Positions 1 to 7,476 of a stretch of 32,000 nt of DNA are shown here, piece after piece; the stretch's first letter is position 1; each line of letters starts with the position of its first letter. The position numbers and the translations under genes were made by a program. Below the pieces are notes generated by a model. It had not been told where the DNA came from. It was given only the letters and a program-made list of their open reading frames with translations, and did not search any database. Source of the DNA: Hyperthermus butylicus DSM 5456 (GTDB taxonomy: Archaea; Thermoproteota; Thermoprotei_A; Sulfolobales; Pyrodictiaceae); assembly GCF_000015145.1 (NCBI RefSeq), contig NC_008818.1:1290001-1322000 (forward strand), read 5' to 3'.

Positions 1-1
1 T

Positions 2-142
2 GTTAAGCGCGGCGAGAATGCAGAATGCATAATAATAATAGATTTGTCTAAGAGCACGCGAAGTATTGACGAGATAAAATCAGAGCTTTCAGCCATGGAG
101 GATGTCCATTTTGTCCAGATAAAACAGCTGCAGCATAGATAG
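2..142 (+). CDS. 3' end (46 codons plus TAG) of an unidentified upstream gene; the C-terminus reads ...AECIIIIDLSKSTRSIDEIKSELSAMEDVHFVQIKQLQHR*
   Basis: My own translation of frame 2 is open from the window edge to TAG at 140-142. The beta-alpha-beta-like pattern is reminiscent of a small regulatory (ACT-like) domain, but the fragment is too short to assign. Confidence 0.3.
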   Translation, partial: VKRGENAECIIIIDLSKSTRSIDEIKSELSAMEDVHFVQIKQLQHR

Positions 143-311
143 CGCTCAGTCGGTGGTATGGTCTTCATCGCGGCGGCTCAAGGCGGGTAGAGCTGCATCA
201 CGGCGCCCATAAGTATAGTCTAAGTATGCGGGTTTTTAGCGCTACATTACTTCTTTTACCCTAACATGTTAAGAGGGATTCCAGAGCTGAGTAATAACCC
301 TGGGGAGCTAT

Positions 312-1073
312 ATGGGGTTTAGAGCCGTCTACCCCGCAGCAACAAAGTTTAAGTATATAATCCAGACTATTGCAAAGGTTATGGATGAAATACCATTCAT
401 TGTTGCGCAAGACGGTCTAGACGTAAGAACGCTAACACCTGACAAGACGACAATGATTATACTAAGGCTTCCCGTTACAGCCTTCGAAGAGTACCAGTTA
501 GACGAGGATAAGAAGACATTCATAGTGCTAGCTGACGAGCTTAACAAGGTTGCTAAGCGTGGTACGCGAAATGATATTGTTGAGCTGAAGCTTGACGAGG
601 AGCATCGTAGACTTGAGGTTAACTTCATAGATAAAAAGACTAATGTTGTACGTAGCTTCTATGTATCTCTTCGTGAGGGTACTGTTGAAGAGCTTGCTGA
701 ACCGCAGGTGGAGCTAACGGTTACAGCGAAAATGATGGCTGACGACTTTAAGAATGTTATAAATGATGCAAAGATAGTAAGCGACGAAGTCGAGTTTGCG
801 GCGTACGAGGATAGAATAGAAGTTTATGCTGAGTCGGCTCAGAAGAAGTATATGGGTGTACTCAAGGTTGGCATGCCACTTATAACGTTAAATGTTGAAG
901 GCGGTACCCCGATACGTGCTAAGTACTCGATAGACTTGCTGAAAGCGGCTGTTAAGGCAACAACGGCTGCTAATACCGTAACACTGGAATATGGTGAGGC
1001 ATTGCCGATGAGACTAAGCTTTGACCTGCCCGGCGGCGGGCTGTTAATATACTGGATATCGCCCAGAGTCTAG
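312..1073 (+). CDS. pcn: DNA polymerase sliding clamp (PCNA homologue)
   Basis: 253 aa, the typical PCNA length. It shows the two-domain repeat pattern, and its N-terminus (FRAVYPAATKFKYIIQTIAKVMDEIPFIVAQDGLDVRTL) and C-terminal PMRLSF...GGLLIYWISPR segment are typical of crenarchaeal PCNA subunits. Confidence 0.88.
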   Translation: MGFRAVYPAATKFKYIIQTIAKVMDEIPFIVAQDGLDVRTLTPDKTTMIILRLPVTAFEEYQLDEDKKTFIVLADELNKVAKRGTRNDIVELKLDEEHRRLEVNFIDKKTNVVRSFYVSLREGTVEELAEPQVELTVTAKMMADDFKNVINDAKIVSDEVEFAAYEDRIEVYAESAQKKYMGVLKVGMPLITLNVEGGTPIRAKYSIDLLKAAVKATTAANTVTLEYGEALPMRLSFDLPGGGLLIYWISPRV

Positions 1074-1315
1074 CCTCCCTCAAGCTTTCTCAGAAGTTCC
1101 TCTAAGGCCCTCCTAGCTTCCTCAAGCTTAGGCTGGGGCTTGGCTGCAGGCTGTACATGTCTAAGCGTGGGGAACCATGCAGGCCTAGGACATATGCTCC
1201 GCTCGGGGCATGCAAGGCAACAGTATGGACATATAATTCTCTCTGGATGTAGCCAGCACTGCCTGGTTGGGCGGTGTCTTCCACAGATGCTACAGCGCTC
1301 CCAGTAAATGCTCAT
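1070..1315 (-). CDS. Small Cys-rich putative metal-binding protein with a C-terminal coiled-coil tail (hypothetical)
   Basis: The ORF is 1070-1426, but I prefer the internal ATG at 1315 (MSIYWERCSICGRH...). There are 8 Cys in about 45 aa (CSIC, CPYCC, C-x6-C), followed by KLEEARRALEELLRKLE. Its stop overlaps the PCNA stop by 4 nt, convergently. Confidence 0.45.
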   Translation of the reverse strand: MSIYWERCSICGRHRPTRQCWLHPERIICPYCCLACPERSICPRPAWFPTLRHVQPAAKPQPKLEEARRALEELLRKLEGG

Positions 1316-1529
1316 GACTGGAAGCCCAGCCTTACACTTAACAATATAGGAACGATATAAAGGGTTGAGGACTAGCCTAGATTTACGGCTGACCGATGAG
1401 AGTGCAGTAATCGCGGCGGGGCACAATACTCGAGGTAAGCCCCGTTTTGTAGGCTGCCTCGAGGGATGATGCCGTGGCCAAAAATTAAAGAGTTTAAGTC
1501 CAAGGAACTAGGAGCAACAGTTAGAATGG

Positions 1530-1922
1530 GTGACAGCTTTGGCGAAGGTTATAGTTGAAGTAGATATGGCCAAGTACAAGCACGTAGATCTCTCTGCGCA
1601 AACAGCCCTACAGCTATTGGAGAAAATAGAAGAAAGACTGGGCTATAAGACTCAAGATGTTGAGGAAGCTAAGAGATATATACGGAACTTCAAGGAATTC
1701 TATGAGTACATGCGTAAAAAGTTTAAGGATTATCTTGCGCCACCTCGCAGGCCTGACGACTATATTAGGGGTCGAGTTGTTGTGGACAAGATAAAGCTGT
1801 ACACAAGCGATAATGGCGAAGAACGTGTTGTAATAATATTTGATAGAAGAATTGATGTAGGTCTTATTGAGCAGGTACTCCGTGAGCTAGGGTTTGAGGT
1901 TGAGGTGGAACGTGCTTTTTGA
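1530..1922 (+). CDS. Hypothetical protein of 130 aa (118 aa if the start is ATG 1566)
   Basis: Long ORF with coding-like composition. An A/T-rich AAAAATTAAAG box lies at about 1481-1491 upstream. I recognise no family motif. Confidence 0.5.
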   Translation: MTALAKVIVEVDMAKYKHVDLSAQTALQLLEKIEERLGYKTQDVEEAKRYIRNFKEFYEYMRKKFKDYLAPPRRPDDYIRGRVVVDKIKLYTSDNGEERVVIIFDRRIDVGLIEQVLRELGFEVEVERAF

Positions 1923-1969
1923 GCTTCTAGTCTATGCCGAGTCATAGGTCGCTTTATCCTTCCATTGCG

Positions 1970-2236
1970 CTACTTTTTCCTTGCTCGGCGTCGCTTCTCG
2001 AGAGATGGTATTGCTATCGACTGTAGCATTGTGATGGCTTCTTCAGTTCTATATTCTCCCTTAGCGAGCTTCTCTATTATTTCCGTTCTTGCGACCATAG
2101 CTTCTAGAAGAGCGGCATTTACATCTATGTCTACAGTAACGACTTCCTCTTCAGCCTCCTCTTCAGCTGTTGTTATTGTTACTTCCCCTTCCTCTATGGG
2201 TTCTGTCACAAACTCCTCCTCCGACATAGAAGCCAC
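1970..2236 (-). CDS. Small acidic-N/basic-C helical protein; possible RNA polymerase subunit Rpo13
   Basis: 88 aa. The N-terminus is very acidic (EEEFVTEPIEEGE...AEEEAEEE), the centre is helical (LLEAMVARTEIIEKLAKGEYRTEEAITML), and the tail is basic (KRRRARKK). An AGGTGG SD lies 7 nt upstream of the ATG. The architecture matches my memory of Sulfolobus Rpo13. The antisense ORF 1965-2243 is low-complexity Ser-rich and was rejected. Confidence 0.4.
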   Translation of the reverse strand: MASMSEEEFVTEPIEEGEVTITTAEEEAEEEVVTVDIDVNAALLEAMVARTEIIEKLAKGEYRTEEAITMLQSIAIPSLEKRRRARKK

Positions 2237-2276
2237 CTTTTAAGGCATTCTTGTATTCCATATAGCCGACACACAG

Positions 2277-2291
2277 CTACAGCTGCTGTAG
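2277..2291. repeat. Perfect 15-nt palindrome CTACAGC-T-GCTGTAG in the promoter region of the 88-aa gene
   Basis: Read directly from the sequence. On the minus strand it lies immediately downstream of an AAAATATTA TATA-like box (2292-2300) and upstream of ATG 2236. Confidence 0.3.
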
Positions 2292-2305
2292 TAATATTTT
2301 CTACC

Positions 2306-4231
2306 CTAATCGCGGGTAAGATCTTCTACGTCTATCCTTACAAGAAGTGGTGTTCTAATTTCAGGATCACGTATGATAGCATAGCCTGGCTTGATTATAT
2401 GCAGTGTTAGCTCTAGAGCAGCTCGGTGTTCCTCGTTTACTTCAACTGCAAGACTTTGTGCAAGATACTTTACTACTTTGGGCTCATCATGCCTCAGTAC
2501 TATTCGAAGCAGCGTGTTTGCAAGGATCATTTCGTCTAGTTCATTGGGTTGTTGCGTGATTATGAGTAGGGCTACGCCGTATTTTCTCAATTCTGCTGCA
2601 TAGTTTCCCACTATGCTGCCAGCAACATCTCTTGATGCAAATATGTGTGCCTCATCTATCACTATTAGGAAGTCAAGCTTGTCTGATTGACCCCGCTGCT
2701 TGAAATACGTATATAGGCGTCTTAGAAGTGTATTTACTGTAAGTACTTGTTGCACTGTGGAGGGTGTCCCTGATAAATCAATTATCGTTACGTGACCTGG
2801 CCTCAGCATCTCTCGGGGGTTAATCGTTCTACCGCTAAAGAGGCTCAGTTCGAGACTGCGTATATGCATTAGCAGTCTTAGGCCACGCTCGTCGTTTCGT
2901 GCTATTCTCGCGAGAATTTGTGTTAAGTCCCTAAGTGTTGGTGGCTCCCTATTCCAGGTTGTAGGGTCTTCAAGCATGATTCCCTTAGCTTCATAGGCTA
3001 GTCTAAGTGCTTCCTCGAGGAGTTCTGCTTGTAAGGGGCCAAGCCTAAACAGCTTCCTAAATAGCTCTACGAGTTCTACAATACGCTCCGATGGGTTAAA
3101 CCCCATATGATCAAGGGGGTTTATTGATATCTTGCTTACATCGAGGTGTATTAGTGGTATTCTATCTGATAGTTTTGCTTTGTACTCGCCATGAGGATCT
3201 ATTACCACTACGGCAAGGTCATTGTGTGTTTCTATTGCAGCCATTATAATTCTTGACGCTAGTGTAGTTTTGCCCGAGCCCGTTACTCCTGTCACCAATG
3301 CATGTATAGGTCTTGAGAGTAATGGCTTGTAGGGTATCGGCTTACGTAGCCTTTCCCACCAGTAGATATAGCCAGCGCCTATATGGCCTTCGATTCTATA
3401 TTTTCTCCTTGGCAGCTTAGCTAGGTATGCTAGCGCATACCCTATAGGTTCGGCTCTTCTGGCTTCCAGTGTGCGTGCAGCCTCTAGCTCTTCCAGATTT
3501 AGTGCTGCTATTAGCGCAAGTACTGTATAAGGGGCTATAGGTGTCGTTACGCCTGCTAGTAGTACTTCTAGCGGTAGTATAGCCATCTTGTCTGTTTCGT
3601 GTGCTCCGGCGTTTGCTGAAAGGGCAATGAGCACAAGTGGGGTTACAGCCAATACTGTGGTATCGTAGAATATAGGTGTCCGTGATGTTGCGTAGATTAC
3701 TTTCAGTGTTGCATATAGTGGTAGTGTATAGGCCGTTGTAAGATATAGTACTTGGTGGGGATTCTTGCATAGGCTATCTCTCAGATTATGTTTTGACAGT
3801 TTTTCCATGAACTCATCAACATATACTCCCCTGAAGTATCTTACCCCAAAGAAGGCTAGGAGTCCAAGATTGATTAACGCTGCTGTACTAGTTAGCGCCG
3901 CGGCAAATACTACTTCAAGGGAGAGTTCGGGCTGAATTTCCCTACCTATAAGCGGTGTCACTGGGTATAGTAGTAGTTGCATGCTAAGGTCTCCTAGTGT
4001 CTCAAGGGCAAATACTATGCTACTTACGGCTAGGTATATGAGAGCTATGGCTGACACTACTGCTGAACTTGTTGTTAGCGGTACTATTACGGCTGCTACT
4101 GCGATTGGTATTTGTAAGGGATAGCCTAAGGCTAACACTAGTGCCAGTGTTATGGCTACAGCTGCTAGCGATGCTAATAACCTGGTATCCAGTACAGCTA
4201 CCCTGGCGGTAATTGGGCCGTATCGTAGCAA
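2306..4231 (-). CDS. Membrane-anchored HerA/FtsK-superfamily (DUF87-like) P-loop ATPase
   Basis: 641 aa. The N-terminal ~250 aa is strongly hydrophobic with multiple predicted TM helices. Walker A is GVTGSGKTT (3266-3289, minus) and Walker B is FLIVIDEAHIF. The HerA-like segment ALLIITQQPNELDEMILANTLLRIVLR is present. The start is TTG at 4231 and is uncertain. Confidence 0.8.
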   Translation of the reverse strand: MLRYGPITARVAVLDTRLLASLAAVAITLALVLALGYPLQIPIAVAAVIVPLTTSSAVVSAIALIYLAVSSIVFALETLGDLSMQLLLYPVTPLIGREIQPELSLEVVFAAALTSTAALINLGLLAFFGVRYFRGVYVDEFMEKLSKHNLRDSLCKNPHQVLYLTTAYTLPLYATLKVIYATSRTPIFYDTTVLAVTPLVLIALSANAGAHETDKMAILPLEVLLAGVTTPIAPYTVLALIAALNLEELEAARTLEARRAEPIGYALAYLAKLPRRKYRIEGHIGAGYIYWWERLRKPIPYKPLLSRPIHALVTGVTGSGKTTLASRIIMAAIETHNDLAVVVIDPHGEYKAKLSDRIPLIHLDVSKISINPLDHMGFNPSERIVELVELFRKLFRLGPLQAELLEEALRLAYEAKGIMLEDPTTWNREPPTLRDLTQILARIARNDERGLRLLMHIRSLELSLFSGRTINPREMLRPGHVTIIDLSGTPSTVQQVLTVNTLLRRLYTYFKQRGQSDKLDFLIVIDEAHIFASRDVAGSIVGNYAAELRKYGVALLIITQQPNELDEMILANTLLRIVLRHDEPKVVKYLAQSLAVEVNEEHRAALELTLHIIKPGYAIIRDPEIRTPLLVRIDVEDLTRD

Positions 4232-4256
4232 GGATAGCTAAACCTCGTGCGAGGCT

Positions 4257-7133
4257 GTGGAGGGCTTGCCCAGGGGTTTTGGCCAGACCAGTGTACAGGG
4301 CGCGTTTAGGCTACTGCACCCCGTGCTTAGAGCGGTACTCCCTAGGTACGGGTATATAAGGCCGACAGAGATCCAGGAGAAGGCTATACCGCTCATACTT
4401 CGTGGGAACCATGTACTTATTGTTGCTCCTACAGGTAGTGGTAAGACTGAGGCTGCACTCCTCCCTGCTATGAGTTCCATCCTGCCTATGCGCGGGTTTA
4501 CCGGGAAGATATATGTGGTTTACATTACGCCTCTCCGTAGCTTAAACCGTGACATCTTTGCGAGAATGAAATCGCTCGCTTCAAGTGTTGGACTTAGGCT
4601 TGAAGTACGGCATGGTGATAGTACGGAGCTCGAGAAGAGGAGATTTCTCGAGAATCCGCCGCACATAATGATTACTACGCCTGAATCATTCTATTTCCTG
4701 CTTAGCGTTGAGAAGTTTAGGGAGGCGATAAGCGAGCTTAAGTACGTTATAGTTGATGAGGTACACGAACTCGTTGGGGACAAGAGAGGTGCTGAGCTGA
4801 GCCTAGCGCTTGAACGTGCTATATCACTCTATGTTAAGGGTAAGGTACAACTTGTAGGGCTTTCTGCAACTGTTGCCGAGCCTGAGCTTGTTGTCCGTAA
4901 ACTCTTTGGCTCTAGGTATGTTCGCATTGTTGAGGCTAGTATGGCAAGAAAGTATAATGTAGGAGTGGTTTTGCCTAGCAGGGACAATACTGTTAATGGA
5001 CTCGAACTCTCGGAGTTTAACGAAGAGCTTTACGAGGATACAATTGATCGTATTGCGTATATAGCGAATGTTATACGTGAGAAAGGATCGGTCATAGTAT
5101 TCACTAATACGCGTGACACGGCTGAGCTTATAGGCGCTCTCCTAAAGAAGGTTCTAGGCGAGAATAGTATTGAAGTGCATCATGGGAGCCTTAGCAGGGA
5201 ACACAGACTGTCCATAGAGGAAAGGTTTCGCAAAGGCGAGATAGCGGCTCTAGTTGCTACTTCTAGTCTCGAACTAGGCATAGACATCGGTCATGTTGGC
5301 TATGTTGTACAATACCTATCACCTAGGCAGGTTGTTAAACTCGTTCAGCGTGTTGGCCGTGCGCGTCATCGCGCTGGGGAGGCTGCGGCGGGTGTTGTTG
5401 TAGCTTCGCGTAATCTTTTCGACGTATTAGAGTCTGCAGTTATAGCTGCCAGAACTAGTAGAGGTAACCTTGAAAAGCTTAAGCCTCCGCATGCGCCGCT
5501 TGATGCCCTTGTGCACCAGGTTGCTGGTACCGTCATAGAAAACCCTGGTATAGACATCGGCAAGCTATACCTTCTAGTGACGAGGAGCGGATTCTATGAG
5601 GGCCTAGATTTTGACGAGTTTATGGCAGTACTCTCCTACATGGAGCATGCTGGGATAATCCGCATACGTGACGGCAAGCTCTATCCGGGGAGAAAGTGTA
5701 TGAGCTATTACTTCAACTCAACAATGATAACGGAAAGCATTCAGTATCCAGTATATGATGTGGTTAGCGGTAAGAGGATAGGACTACTTGATGAAGAGTT
5801 TGTGGCTTCGCTCGATGTTGGCGAGAAGTTTGTGCTCGCAGGAAGAGTTTGGGAGGTTGTAGGCTTTGACGAAAACGGGGTTCGTGTTAAGCCTTCTAGC
5901 GAGGATAGACTCATACCCCCCGCATGGGAGGGCGATCTCATACCTGTAGAGCATAACGTTGCTAGAGAGGTTGCTAGTATTCTCCGTAGATTCGGAGAGG
6001 GGCACACGGAAGTTCTGGACATGTACCCTCTTAGCGATACGGCACGCCGCTACGTTGGTGAAAAGCTCCTACAGGCTATGCGTGAACTAGGATTTCTACC
6101 GCACGATAGAAGGATACTTGTAGAACACTATGGTGATACTTATGTTGTCTATGTTTTCCTTGGCAGTAGGGGTAACAAGTCGTTAGAATACCTCCTAGCC
6201 TACTACATATCGCAAATTAAGGGTTACAACGTATTATCGGCAAGTACACCTTACGCGATTGTGCTTAAGCTTCCAGAACGCAGTGAACCAGGACTCGTAG
6301 AGATGGTTATCAAGAGGCTAGCAGAGCTACCGCCCAGCACATTAGAGGAAATGTATGTTGAAGCCGTAAAGAAGAGCAGGCTATACAGCTGGATACTATA
6401 CCGTGTAGCTCAGCGTGCTGGTGCTCTCCCTGCATCAAGGAGGGCACGTGACCCCTCAATGCTAAAGAGGGTCGTAGCTCAACTCGCCAACACGATACTT
6501 GGTGTTGAAGCCCTAAGAGAATTCGAGAATAGGAAAGGCAATCTAGAAGTTGTCAAGGCTCTGCTTCGAGATGTCGGGAAGGGTTATGTTCTAATAAGCA
6601 CCGTGTCAAGGCGTAATCCTTCACCGTTGACGGAAGACATTATCTCCGAGGCACTTTTTAGCGATAGGGTTGTAAGAACCCAGATGCCAGCAACACTTGT
6701 TGCAGAAGCCGTTAAGAGGCGTATCAAAGCGAGACAGGTTATACTCATATGTCTGGTCTGTGGCTACAAGTGGCAGCGTAGGGTATCCGAGCTGCCTCAA
6801 GAGATAAAGTGTCCAAATTGTTCATCAAAACTAGTCTACGTTACAACCGTTGAGGAAAAAGCTAGAGATGCCAGCATGCTAGCTATGAAGCGTAAACGTG
6901 TTGGACTATCGCGAAGCGAGAATAAGAGGATGCGCGAGTACATCGAGGTTGCAAATCTAGTAATGGACTATGGCAGGTATGCTGTAGAGGCGTTGGTTGC
7001 TCGTGGTGTAGGTGTTTCAACGGCGAGGCGTGTATTGCAAAAACTTGTATTTAGCGAGGATGCCTTCTATAAGGCTCTTGTAGAGGCTGAAGCAAAGTAT
7101 TACAAGTATGCGTATAAGCTTAGGAAGAAATAG
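4257..7133 (+). CDS. lhr: Lhr-type ATP-dependent DExH-box helicase (superfamily 2) with a C-terminal zinc ribbon
   Basis: 958 aa. Q-motif and motif I read PTEIQEKAIP...VAPTGSGKTEA (Walker A at 4425-4448). Motif II is DEVHE (4755-4766), followed by SAT, then TSSLELGIDIG and QRVGRARH. The C-terminus carries CLVCGYKW...CPNCSS. The GTG start is only 25 nt from the divergent ATPase start, so one or both starts may be internal. Confidence 0.85.
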   Translation: MEGLPRGFGQTSVQGAFRLLHPVLRAVLPRYGYIRPTEIQEKAIPLILRGNHVLIVAPTGSGKTEAALLPAMSSILPMRGFTGKIYVVYITPLRSLNRDIFARMKSLASSVGLRLEVRHGDSTELEKRRFLENPPHIMITTPESFYFLLSVEKFREAISELKYVIVDEVHELVGDKRGAELSLALERAISLYVKGKVQLVGLSATVAEPELVVRKLFGSRYVRIVEASMARKYNVGVVLPSRDNTVNGLELSEFNEELYEDTIDRIAYIANVIREKGSVIVFTNTRDTAELIGALLKKVLGENSIEVHHGSLSREHRLSIEERFRKGEIAALVATSSLELGIDIGHVGYVVQYLSPRQVVKLVQRVGRARHRAGEAAAGVVVASRNLFDVLESAVIAARTSRGNLEKLKPPHAPLDALVHQVAGTVIENPGIDIGKLYLLVTRSGFYEGLDFDEFMAVLSYMEHAGIIRIRDGKLYPGRKCMSYYFNSTMITESIQYPVYDVVSGKRIGLLDEEFVASLDVGEKFVLAGRVWEVVGFDENGVRVKPSSEDRLIPPAWEGDLIPVEHNVAREVASILRRFGEGHTEVLDMYPLSDTARRYVGEKLLQAMRELGFLPHDRRILVEHYGDTYVVYVFLGSRGNKSLEYLLAYYISQIKGYNVLSASTPYAIVLKLPERSEPGLVEMVIKRLAELPPSTLEEMYVEAVKKSRLYSWILYRVAQRAGALPASRRARDPSMLKRVVAQLANTILGVEALREFENRKGNLEVVKALLRDVGKGYVLISTVSRRNPSPLTEDIISEALFSDRVVRTQMPATLVAEAVKRRIKARQVILICLVCGYKWQRRVSELPQEIKCPNCSSKLVYVTTVEEKARDASMLAMKRKRVGLSRSENKRMREYIEVANLVMDYGRYAVEALVARGVGVSTARRVLQKLVFSEDAFYKALVEAEAKYYKYAYKLRKK

Positions 7134-7203
7134 GCGAGTGTTAGTTTCAGCTATGTCTGTGGCGGTTAGGCGTTTAGATGGCTCGGGAATAGTAGGGTAA
7201 GGA

Positions 7204-7467
7204 ATGGCGGACATAACGGAATTCATAAACATGTTGACCATTAGGATAGTGAGCATTGCTTGGGGCTTGTTCCTCCTAGCATGGAGTATCGGCTGGCTAC
7301 TCAAGGGCGCACCGATCCCGTTTGCACGGCTCAAACGGACAGGACAAGACCTCGTAGAGGATGCAGTATGGGCTGCCTTTTGGCTTGCTGTGGGCTCCTC
7401 AATATTTGCACTAATATCCTACGTAGTTAGCAATGTCGCTCCAAACCCTACCGTTCCACAGCCCTAG
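7204..7467 (+). CDS. Small 2-TM membrane protein (CedA1-like position)
   Basis: 87 aa with two hydrophobic helices (~aa 12-33 and 55-76). It is the first gene of a tightly packed four-gene operon. It shares the motif P-[IL]-P-x2-RLK[RK]-x4-L-[VI]-[EQ]-D-[AS]-[VI]-WAA with the N-terminus of the next gene. Confidence 0.55.
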   Translation: MADITEFINMLTIRIVSIAWGLFLLAWSIGWLLKGAPIPFARLKRTGQDLVEDAVWAAFWLAVGSSIFALISYVVSNVAPNPTVPQP

Positions 7468-7476
7468 CCATGGTGG

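Noticed and set aside
143-245. tRNA-like D-arm string GCTCAGTCGGT (about 143-155) with GTAGAGC ~40 nt downstream.
   Set aside because: There is no acceptor stem, no T-arm (GTTCRAATC-like) motif and no anticodon arm at compatible spacing, even allowing for an intron. It does not fold as a cloverleaf by eye.
329-628. 99-aa ORF antisense to the PCNA gene. Similar antisense or shadow ORFs occur at 1102-1284, 1760-1945, 1965-2243, 2391-2603, 3417-3770, 4238-4480, 5366-6022, 7017-7334, 7740-8036 and 9398-10081.
   Set aside because: Each lies fully inside, or antisense to, a longer ORF with clear family motifs. Their translations are low-complexity (Ser, Thr, Leu or Arg-rich) and have no plausible start context.
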